From: Dictyostelium discoideum
Lineage: Eukaryota
Direction of reading: 5' to 3'
Assembly (NCBI GenBank): GCA_000004695.1
Contig: CM000152.2
Location: 4,960,001-5,024,000, forward strand
Length of the DNA stretch: 64,000 bases
Made by a program: the position numbers and the translations under genes
In this document: positions 54,229 through 64,000 of the stretch, one piece after another
Numbering within the stretch: the first letter of the stretch is position 1
Layout: each line of letters starts with the position of its first letter
The notes under the pieces: generated by a model
Told to the model about the DNA's origin: nothing
The model's input: the letters and a program-made list of their open reading frames with translations, nothing else
The model's database searches: none

Positions 54229-56793
54229 TTAAAAATTATTATTTTGTGGAATATTTATTTTTTTAATTAAATTACCAAAGTTTAAACCAGTTGGAACATG
54301 CATTGAAAAATCTATAATGGTATCATAATAATTTAAATTTAAACTATTTAAAAAATAATCTAAAATATTAAAATTACCATATAAAAAAGAAGTACTAATT
54401 ATTGAAGAAATTAAATTTGGGTCAAAAATTTTTTGAAAAAGATTATTTTGATAGAGTACCATATATTTAATTAAATACAGATTACCGTATTCAGCACAAC
54501 CAACCATTATAAATTTCAATAGATCTAAATATTTAATTGGATTTATTTTTTCAAATTTAAAATATAATTCTATAATTTTTAAAAGACCATTTAAATTATT
54601 TAATCTTGCAATTTCATTTGTAATTTTATTAATTATCCCATTTGATGGTATTGTTGTGATTGTTGAAAAATATTCTCCAAATTTTCCAATGCATTGAAGT
54701 GTTTCAAGGTAGACTAAACCATGTTTTTTTGATTCTAATGTATCTACATTTAACCGGATTTCATATAACCATTTACAAATTTTATAAGCTAATAAACCTT
54801 CATTGTTTTTAAAAGGGTTTGTAAATACTTTAATACTAAATTCATCATCAGTTTTAAGTAATCTCGATCTAAAAGGTTCATAGAATATTGATGGTGGAAA
54901 TTCTAATGATAGAGGTAAATTTTTAATTATAAATTTGATTTCGTCCATGTACAAATGTTTATCAAATGATTTATTAATGCAACCTATAATGTCAACATTT
55001 GATAAATCAAATACCTCTGGGTTACTAATCATATAACAGAGTGTTTTTAAAATTTTACCATTTAAACAATACCGATTGAAATCTTTAAATTCTCTATTTG
55101 TTAAAGATTTCCATATATTTTGTTCCTTTGGAATTAATTGTTGATACCTTTTTATCATATCAATTCTTCCAAATTGAAAACAAGTTGCAATTGAAGTTTT
55201 ATTAAAAAAAACATTTAATATTGGATTTGACCAACAATAGTTCAACATTTCAATAGATTTTATTGAATAAACTAATTTTATTTGATTTTCAATTGAAGCA
55301 GAAACATGATTGTATAATTTATTATTAAATACATATTCCAATAATGATATATCATTAAAATGAATCAATAAACAAATTATTAAAAAATGATCTATAATTT
55401 GATTATATTGACCATCTGGCTTTAAAACTTGATCAATAAATGAAAATTGATGTTCTTTATTATCTTTGCAATATTTAAATAATAGATTCATATTTTCTTT
55501 TTCTACATATAAATTGAAAATATCATCTACCTCAATTTTTTGATTTTTAAATAAACAATAATCAAGATTACCAAACTTTAATGACTGTTTAATGTACTTG
55601 TTTTGATGAATTGGTGCACTATTTAATTTACTTGGTAAACCATTCTTTAAAATTCTTTTATACTTTTCATTTTTTTTTTCTTCTTCATCTTTTTGTTGTT
55701 GATTATCATTCTTTTCATTTGAAATTTGATATTTTAAATAGTGAATTAAAATTGGTTTTTGAATTACAAGTTGATATGTTGATAAAATTAATTTTAAATA
55801 TTTATTTTCAATTATTGTATTTCTTGAATTATGTATTAGTTTTTTTAATCTTGTTTTTAATTTTAATTTATTAAATGGATTATTTGTTTCAATTAATTTT
55901 AAATTTTCATTTATTTTCTCTAAATGCTTATTTAAAGTATATGGTACATATTTAATATTATAAAAAAAACTGCATGCATCAATGGTGTTTTGAATTGTAA
56001 AATTATTATAAAATGGGTCATCATCAAATAGTTTTTTTGGTATTATAAACTTGTATTTATTTCTTATTCTTTCCTTTTTAATTTGATCATTTTCAAGTAA
56101 ATAATTTAAAATTTTAAATTTTAAATTTATTTTTTGTGGATATTGTTCAATAAAGTTTAAAATCTCTGTTATTGTATATTTTTCAAAATGGTTTTGATTA
56201 TTATTATTATTATTATTATAATTATTATTATTGATTATGTTGTTTTCATTTGTTGTTAATGTTGATAAATATTTTAAAATTTTTAATGAAGATTTTGATT
56301 TAATATAAGTTGGTAATAAAGCATTTATTAATTGGTTTGTTGTCATACTTTTATTTATATATTCTTTGTCAATAATTAATTTTAATATTAAAATGTTATC
56401 ACTTTTTATAGCAATTTCTGCAAAATTTAAAAAATTAAAATATTCTTTATACCTATTAAATAATAATTGGTAAAATGATAAAATCAATTCAATTGTTTCT
56501 TCATTTGCTTGATCACTATTATTATATTGATGTATTTGTTTATCTTTATTTTTAAAGTTAATTAAAATAAATAATTTTTGAATTGTTTTTGAAAATGTTT
56601 CTCTAAATTTATTATTATTATTATGATATGAGAAAATTAATGTTTTTCCATTATGTACCAATTTAATTAATTCTTTAATTTTATTAAATTTTATTAATAA
56701 ACTAATATGATTATTATCATCTTTAGCATATTCAAATATTTTTTTAAATAAATATTTGTTTCTAAAAACTTTAAAAAATAATTGTTCATTCAT
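54229..56793 (-). CDS. Large orphan protein (854 aa), Asn/Lys/Ile/Leu-rich, with no recognisable domain. Probably Dictyostelium-specific.
   Basis: Long uninterrupted ORF beginning MNEQLFFKVFRNKYLFKKIFEYAKDDNNH. The only basis for calling it coding is a reading frame far longer than expected by chance in AT-rich DNA. Confidence 0.45.
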   Translation of the reverse strand: MNEQLFFKVFRNKYLFKKIFEYAKDDNNHISLLIKFNKIKELIKLVHNGKTLIFSYHNNNNKFRETFSKTIQKLFILINFKNKDKQIHQYNNSDQANEETIELILSFYQLLFNRYKEYFNFLNFAEIAIKSDNILILKLIIDKEYINKSMTTNQLINALLPTYIKSKSSLKILKYLSTLTTNENNIINNNNYNNNNNNNQNHFEKYTITEILNFIEQYPQKINLKFKILNYLLENDQIKKERIRNKYKFIIPKKLFDDDPFYNNFTIQNTIDACSFFYNIKYVPYTLNKHLEKINENLKLIETNNPFNKLKLKTRLKKLIHNSRNTIIENKYLKLILSTYQLVIQKPILIHYLKYQISNEKNDNQQQKDEEEKKNEKYKRILKNGLPSKLNSAPIHQNKYIKQSLKFGNLDYCLFKNQKIEVDDIFNLYVEKENMNLLFKYCKDNKEHQFSFIDQVLKPDGQYNQIIDHFLIICLLIHFNDISLLEYVFNNKLYNHVSASIENQIKLVYSIKSIEMLNYCWSNPILNVFFNKTSIATCFQFGRIDMIKRYQQLIPKEQNIWKSLTNREFKDFNRYCLNGKILKTLCYMISNPEVFDLSNVDIIGCINKSFDKHLYMDEIKFIIKNLPLSLEFPPSIFYEPFRSRLLKTDDEFSIKVFTNPFKNNEGLLAYKICKWLYEIRLNVDTLESKKHGLVYLETLQCIGKFGEYFSTITTIPSNGIINKITNEIARLNNLNGLLKIIELYFKFEKINPIKYLDLLKFIMVGCAEYGNLYLIKYMVLYQNNLFQKIFDPNLISSIISTSFLYGNFNILDYFLNSLNLNYYDTIIDFSMHVPTGLNFGNLIKKINIPQNNNF

Positions 56794-56843
56794 TTTTTAT
56801 CTAACTATAAATTTTAAACTTTAATTCCAATCATTATTTTTAT

Positions 56844-56878
<35 letters not shown>

Positions 56879-57016
56879 TAAAAAAAAAAAAAAAAAAAAA
56901 TCTTTTTCTTAAGAAAAAAAAAAGATATTTATTTTTGCAAATGTCTCTTTTTTTTTTTTTTTATGAAATAATAAAATATCAACAAGGATTGTAAGAAGTA
57001 TTTAATTTTTATTTAT

Positions 57017-60000
57017 TTAAAATAAAATGAATGAAATTATGGTTATAATTTTTAATAACATAAATGGAGCCAATAGTTTTGATGAAATCGATAGTTCATC
57101 ATCGTCTGTTGTGGATGGTTGGTTTGTTGGATTACTAGTTGTTGATTGACCACCTGTTGTAGATTGACCACCTGTTGTAGATTGACCACCTGTTGTAGAT
57201 TGTGATTTATAGGTAACTGTTGTTGAAACTTCAAATCCACCTATTTTTAATAGCAAATTAAAGTTACCACCTGGTTTGGCAGGATAACTGAATGTAATTG
57301 AATTGGTAGTTAACTCAATAATATCACAATTATAACCATCAATTGTTAATACTGCTAATGATTTATCTGAAACATGATATTCACCATTGAACTTAACATC
57401 CCCACCTGTTGAATTTAATTCACTTGTTGTAATTAAAATTGATTTTAAATAAATAAAGGTCACACTATTTGAAGTTTGACCTCCTGATTCAACTATTACA
57501 GTAAATTCATCACCAATTAACAAATCAGAAGTAGGTGAATTATCGTTAAAGGTGATTTCATCATTACCATTATTTAAGCTTGCAACACTTGATTCAAATC
57601 CTTCACCATTAATATAAACTCTATTTGGTGTAAAATAATCAAACCAAGATCCTTTGAATACAATTATATCAGATGATGACCAATAATAACTATTTAAAAG
57701 TGTTGGAGAAGGTGGCGCAACGACATTTAACATTGTGAAATAATATAAACCTCCAATATTAATTAATGTTTCTTGACTACCAATTGATAATGGAGGATAA
57801 GAGAATTTAATATTGGTTGGTGTGATTTTAATTACTTTACATTCTAAACCATTAATTGATAGTGAAACTATTGAATTATTTGATGTACCGAATTTACCAG
57901 CAAATAAAGCACCTACACTACCAAATGAATAAAGATTTTCCTCATTTGACAAGTAAATTTCTTTAATATAATTGAATGAAACAATATTTGAAACCAATCC
58001 ACCTGTTTCTATTTGAACTGTAAATATGTCACCTTCAACAATGGATAAATTTTCTATAGAAAATGAAATAGCATCTGAAACTTCAGATCCAAAGGCAAGT
58101 GTTGATGTAAAAGTTGCACCATTAATAATTATATTGTTTAGATTATCATAACTAAAAGCAGTACCATAGATAATTATCTCAGTTTTATCTGATGACCATT
58201 TATAATTGTTAAAAATTGTTGGGTTTTCTGGGACGACATATTGAACGGTAGTAGTATTTTCAAAACCACCAACATTAATTAAAAGTGGATATTGGCCTGG
58301 TGATCCACTTAATGATGGATATCTAAATGTAATTAAATTTAAAGAAACTGAATTTACTGAACAGCTACTTCCATTGATTGAAAGTGTAACAAGACTTTTA
58401 TCTGTAACGCCATACATGCCAGTGAATGAAACTATGCCACCTGTTGTATTTAGATCTTTTACATCAACTTTAATTGAATCAATATAATTAAATGTAATTA
58501 CATTTGATGATTGACCTTGAACCATTACTTTGATGGTAAATGCTTGACCAATTGAAAGTGAACTTGTTGGTGAAAAACTTGATAAACTTATACTATCATA
58601 ACCTGGATTTGTTGAAGATGCAACTGCACTATTAACTTGATATACATCATCATTGAGAACTATAACGTTTGAATCATAATATCCAAACCATTTACCATTT
58701 ATTATTAATCTATCATCGGTTGTCCATTCATATTTATAAATAACTTGTGGTGGAGGTGAAGTTATATAGGTAACATTTGTTTTATATTCGAATCCACCAA
58801 CAAAATAAATTAATTGATAGGTACCTGCTCCATTAACTGGGTATTGGAATTGGATGGTAGTTGGAGAAATTGAAATTACAGAGCATGGTACATCATTGAT
58901 TGAAAATGTGACAATACTTTTATCTGAAGTACCATAGGATCCTCCAAAACTAATAATACCACCAATCGATTGCAAAGGTAATACATCAATAGTAACTGAT
59001 TTAATAAATATAAATTGAATCAAATTAGTTATTTGACTTCCAATTTTAACGTGTACTTGGAATGGAGATCCAACCACAAGTGATTTTGGTGTCGAATTTA
59101 ATAATTTGATTTCATCTGGGTAAGAATAATCCAAGCTTGATGCAGTTGCTGGTGTTGAATCATAATCGATTCCATCAATGTTAATAATATTTTTATAATA
59201 ATAAGTAAACCATTTACCATAGAATGTTAATGCAAGATCACCATTTCCAAGTGTTGTCCAATAGTATTTATTCATTAGTGTTGGAGTGGGTGTATTTATA
59301 ATTGTAATTACTTTCGAGGATCTAATTGTGCCAATAACTAAAGTCAATGTCAAGGTTCCTGGTCCTGATCTATATGGATATTTAAATGAGATCTCAGTTG
59401 GTGATAATGATGTAATGGGGATATCTAATTCATCAAATTTTAATGTTGCGATGGTTATATTTGAAGTTGAAAAAGAACCTGGGTATGTCATTTCCCCTCC
59501 AATGGTATATAAATTATAGGCCATCATTGAAATTGGTTTGATTAGATAAAAGGTTGCACTGGCTGATCTTTGACCCATAGTTGTAACTGATACAGTAAAT
59601 AATGCACCTTGAGGAATTGATGAATGTGCAGAGGCTGGTAAAATCAAATTATCATATCCTGGTTCTGTTGATGAAGCTGTTGCTAAAATAGAAAATGGTG
59701 TAGAGTTTATTTCAACTATATTTGGCTCTACATAGCTAAATGATGAACCAAAAATCATCAATACAACCGCACCATTTGAAAGTGTCCAATCAAATTTATT
59801 TAATATAGTTGGGGCAGGTGCTTGTGAAATGGTAACTTGTGTTGTAAATTCATAACTACTTTGTAATACTAAAACCAAATCATATGTGCCAACTGACAAA
59901 ACTGGGTAAGTGAATGTAACTGATGTTGGATTAACTGCGTTAACTGTACACACAGAACCACCAATGGTAATTGAAACAAGTGAAGGATTTCCCACTTTAA

Positions 60001-61688
60001 ATATACCAGCAAAAGTAACTACTCCTCCAATTGTAGATAATGGTTTTACTGTCATTGAAACCTCTTTATAGTAAGTTAAAGATACTTGATTTGATACTTG
60101 AGATCCAACTTTAACAGATAAGGTGAATGAGGTGGCTTCTGTCATTCCATTGAATGGTGTTGAACTTGAAAATGTAAATTGATCTTGAGATGGGTTTTTG
60201 GTTGATTGAATTGCTAGAGTTTGGTTTGATAGTACACTATTTATAATTGCAATATTTTGATAAACATAACTAAAACCTGTACCACTTATTACCATTAAGT
60301 AATTACCTCCAACTTGAACATAACGATATTTTGGTAAAACAGTTGGTATTTCATAACTATATGTAAAAGTTGTTGATTGTAAGTTATAACCAAATTGAGC
60401 AACCAAATCCTTTCCAGTTCCGTCACCTTGTGGAATTCTTAAAACTATTTGGGTATTTGGAATTATTGAATCAATGGTTACAACATTTGAAGATGGTGTT
60501 GGTGATAGTGTATTAAAAGTCCAACCAAAATCTACACCAGTAATGGTAATAAATGAAACATTATTTGTTTTAATAAGTGGGATATTTTTGTTGAAAGACA
60601 ATGTTGGACAAGTACTTGGTGGTGTTGATGATAATGTAAAATCGTTAAAATTATTTGGAAGGATTATACCGCCTATGTCATTTGGTGGATAACATTTGAA
60701 ACAAGATGGTACATTTCCTGATAATTTGTTAGAATGGATTCTAAGAACATTTGGATTAAATTTACAATAAAAGTTATTTGTAAATGGAATTGACCCAGTA
60801 AACTCTGAATTAATAAGGGAAAAAGATTTAACTTTAGAATGTTGAACTGTGCTTGGGGTTGGTAAAGGTTGGACGTAATTATTGCCTTCAATTCTAACAC
60901 TTTCAAGATTTGTATAATCTAGGTTGTTCATTATTAATAAATGATTTTTAAAATTACTAATATTTAAATTAGAAATTAGTTTTAAATTAAAAGGATTACC
61001 ATTCGGGTTATTTGTTATTGTTTATATTAGATGGTTAAAATACATACATGTTAGAACTTTCTGGGAATTTAATACAACCAAATGTGGCGCATGAATCTAA
61101 AAATCCTACATCTGTAAAATCCCTATTTATTTTTTTGTATAGAAAAAAAAAATTAATATTTAAGAAATAGAAAAAATATATCATTATTACTATAAATTTA
61201 TACATACATTGTTGTACCCTTTGTATATTTTGATAAATCTATCAAATTATTTTGTGGAAATTTTAAACCTCTTCCCTCAATGGTGAGATAATTGAGCATT
61301 GGTAAATTTAAAACGGTATCTGGAAATTCCCATTTTTGAATTTTATCTTGGTCAGTATATCTAAAGTAGAGAGCTAAATCTGAAATAGGTAGGTATCCTA
61401 AGTAAGGGAAAGCAAAATTAGTGTATTGAGAATCTGACTTATCATTATTTATAATTAAATAGACTGCTCCCAAATTTGGACAAATTTCAATATTATTTGG
61501 AAGTGGTGCATAAAAAGTAACTATCATGTAAACAAATGACAATCCTGGCTGGCATGATGACAATGTTACAGGGTATTTAAATCCATTTGCTGAGTCTTCA
61601 ATATTCAAATTTTGAATTTTACCACTACTAAAGAATAGCTCTGGAAGTGGAACTGATTTTTTTAAAAAAAAAAAAAAAATATTAATAC

Positions 61689-61771
<83 letters not shown>

Positions 61772-62329
61772 TATTATTATTTTATACACATGAACATACC
61801 TGACATTTTTTGAAAAATAACATCATTTAATGATGGTGGTAATTGAATATTATTTGGAATTGCTTGATTTACATGATTAATTGATCTATTATAATTAATT
61901 ATAATATTTAAATTTTATTAATTCAAACTTTAATTAGATTTATATTTTTTTATTTAATTTAATACAAAACATTAGTACTTACAAGAAATTAAGTTTTGTT
62001 AATTTATTTATATCTGTCCAAAAAGCTGTTGAAACAAAGAAATTAGGACCAATGGTAATACTTTTTAAATCAGTAAATAAACCAAAACTTGTTGTTATTA
62101 CCACACCTGAGCCACTGCCAGTGTTTATTCCTGTCAAAATTAAATACCCATTATTACCATTATCACAAGTAAAAGCACTATTAGTGCATGGTGTTTGAGT
62201 ATTGACCCCATACAATTGATTTAATAATTGTTGTGCTGCAATGTTTTGATTATTATTTAAATCAAGAGCATTATTTAATGAAATAAAACTTATAAAAATA
62301 ATTATTAGAATATTAAAAATGTATTTCAT
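57017..62329 (-). CDS. Large cell-surface glycoprotein with N-terminal signal peptide, an LRR-like region and about 8 tandem IPT/TIG-like (E-set) repeats. It has a Thr/Gly/Gln-rich stalk (STTGGQ x4) and a C-terminal hydrophobic anchor, and resembles the Tgr (tiger) family. Five exons: about 62329..61985, 61888..61798, 61667..61203, 61128..61043 and 60978..57017.
   Basis: Exon 1 reads MKYIFNILIIIFISFISLNNA... (signal peptide) with donor GTAAGT. Exon 2 reads SINHVNQAIPNNIQLPPSLNDVIFQKMS with donor GTATGT. Exon 3 reads PLPELFFSSGKIQNLNIEDS...KYTKGTTM with donor GTATGT. Exon 4 reads DFTDVGFLDSCATFGCIKFPESSN with donor GTATGT. Exon 5 reads NFKNHLLIMNNLDY... and continues as a 1304-aa ORF. That ORF has a repeated unit of about 100 aa (...VVT/ITIDS.../...GGFE...TT.V.Y...P.P....Y.W), typical of IPT/TIG repeats. 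The C-terminus is ...LLAPFMLLKIITIISFILF*. Confidence 0.55.
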
Positions 62330-62528
62330 TTTTGTAATTCTGTTCGATAAGTTAAAAAAAAAAATTTATTAAAAAAAAAAAAACAATTTGGTTTTATTGA
62401 TGGTTTATTTTTGTTTTTTTTTTTTTTTCTGCGTTTTTTTTTTGATAAAAAATTTCATCTGGAAAATCTAAAAAAAATCTTAAAAAACCTGGCTTTCTTT
62501 GAATAATTAAATTCGTTTAAAAAAAAAG

Positions 62529-62559
<31 letters not shown>

Positions 62560-63338
62560 ATAGAATATTACATTAAAATTTCCTAAATTCTTAAGGTATT
62601 ACAAAAAAAAATACAAATAGGAATTTAGGATATTTTAATGTGATATTCTTTTGTTTTTTTTTAAGAATTTCTATGTAATATTTTCTTTTTTGTAAAAAAT
62701 CTGATTAGGTTTTATTTTATTTTTTTTTATTTTTTGTTTTTATAAAAACTTTTTACTTGGTAACAAAGATGAACTTTCAAAATCTGAAATTGATGATTTT
62801 ATAAAAGCTATTGAAAAAGTAAAACAAATTCGAGAAATTTTAAATAAAAACAATAATAATAAATAAAGAAAACTAAAATTAATTCAAAAAAAAATAAAAT
62901 AAAATAAAAAATAAAATAAAAATAATAAAAAAAAATAATAATATTAAAATTGGAAACAAATTAGGTTTTATTATATTTTATTATAAATTTTTGATATATC
63001 TATTTATTAATTTTTTACATGAAATGGTAATTAAACAAATGGAACAGTTAAATTTTAGAATTAAAAAAAAATAATTAAAATATTATTATAATAATATATA
63101 ATTATTTTTTTTTTTGGGTCCAAACCTATGACAATCACACATTTAATTTGATAAAACTTAAATCGATTATATTTATTTATATATTTATTATATTATCAAT
63201 AATTTAAAAAGATATTATATAAATAATATGGCTGATATAGATAATTTCTAACACTAACTTATAACACCCAAAAAAAAAAAAAAATAATAATTTCCAAACA
63301 TTAAACCAATAACAATTTATTTACACAAGTTAATTTTT

Positions 63339-63372
<34 letters not shown>

Positions 63373-63431
63373 ATAAAATTCAATGTTAAATCGATTATAT
63401 ATTTATTTATATATTTATTATATTATATTAT

Positions 63432-64000
63432 TTAGTTTAAACTTAAAACGTATTGTTCAAAGTTCTTAAAGTTAATTGAACCTAAACCTGAGGCAGCATC
63501 ATAACCAGTGGTAGCGGTGTAACCATATTGACAACAGTAAGCTCTGTTACAGTTGTTTGCACCAGTGGTAATATCATTGAAAACGTTTGGTTGTTCTTTG
63601 GCAGCTTGGTATAATAATGGATTTAAGAAACCGAGGGTTGGTTTACCAGCACCAATTAATTTATCATTAATTAAAGAGATCATACCAGCAAGAGTTGGTG
63701 ATGAACATGAGGTACCATCAACACTTTCTAAGGCGCATGGACAGGTATTTGAGGTGAGAGTGTTTGGAACGGCGATTTCATAAGCATGACCAACAAGAGT
63801 AAGATCTGGATAGAATCTATTGGTGGCATTGTATGAATATGATGGTGGGAGAGTACCACTTTTGATGTAAGTGGCAACGGCATCAGCTTGGTATGATGGT
63901 TGAGCTTGAGTGATAGCAACACCACCTCCACCAGTAATGATGGCGCCAGTTGCGACTGAACAAACAATTTCTGGTTTGGTAACATCAGTGATTTGAGTGG
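63432..64000 (-). CDS. C-terminal part of a sedolisin (S53) tripeptidyl-peptidase I-like serine protease. The gene continues beyond the window end.
   Basis: The minus-strand frame is open from the window edge to the stop at 63432. It reads ...CPCALESVDGTSCSSPTLAGMISLINDKLIGAGKPTLGFLNPLLYQAAKEQPNVFNDITTGANNC...GYTATTGYDAASGLGSINFKNF. The catalytic Ser context G-T-S-x-S/A-x-P, followed by LAG...L...NP.LY and FNDIT.GNN, is typical of TPP1/sedolisins. Confidence 0.65.
   Translation of the reverse strand, partial: TQITDVTKPEIVCSVATGAIITGGGGVAITQAQPSYQADAVATYIKSGTLPPSYSYNATNRFYPDLTLVGHAYEIAVPNTLTSNTCPCALESVDGTSCSSPTLAGMISLINDKLIGAGKPTLGFLNPLLYQAAKEQPNVFNDITTGANNCNRAYCCQYGYTATTGYDAASGLGSINFKNFEQYVLSLN

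Overview
The window is nuclear DNA from a dictyostelid social amoeba, almost certainly Dictyostelium discoideum or a very close relative. Evidence: about 75-80% A+T, very short AT-rich GT..AG introns, long (AAT)n/(CAA)n tracts encoding poly-Asn and poly-Gln inside genes, FNIP-repeat and IPT/TIG-repeat surface proteins. It is not prokaryotic, so CRISPR, operon and defence-island logic does not apply. I found about 25 protein-coding genes. They include: a partial 12-TM adenylyl cyclase (ACA-like, C1-TM-C2; the gene starts upstream of the window); two tandem paralogous surface glycoproteins; a 2OG-oxygenase/F-box/actin-like fusion protein; a B-box/FNIP protein; COX15; a SMARCAL1-like SNF2 helicase; GPN-loop GTPase 2; a bacterial-type phosphohexomutase; a 2H phosphoesterase; a GATA factor rich in poly-Q/N; a P-loop kinase; a UBC E2; a La-motif/RRM protein; an ABITRAM/FAM206 homologue; BOP1/Erb1 next to a DDX24/Mak5 DEAD-box helicase; a secreted EGF/PAN-domain protein; a myotubularin (GRAM-PTP-coiled coil-FYVE-like); an LYR-motif protein; CCT epsilon; a large orphan protein; a Tgr-like IPT/TIG-repeat surface protein; and the 3' end of a sedolisin (S53) peptidase. 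Several of these genes are missing or truncated in the six-frame ORF track. One stretch of about 4.4 kb (26.5-30.9 kb) has no genes. It lies upstream of the GATA factor gene and contains an assembly gap, CA-repeat elements and a polylinker-like cluster of restriction-site palindromes. I found no tRNA or rRNA genes and no convincing mobile elements. Splice-junction coordinates were derived by hand and may be off by a few nucleotides. ORF-track start and stop coordinates are exact. The ORF track uses GTG/TTG as alternative starts, so a listed M is often not a real initiator.
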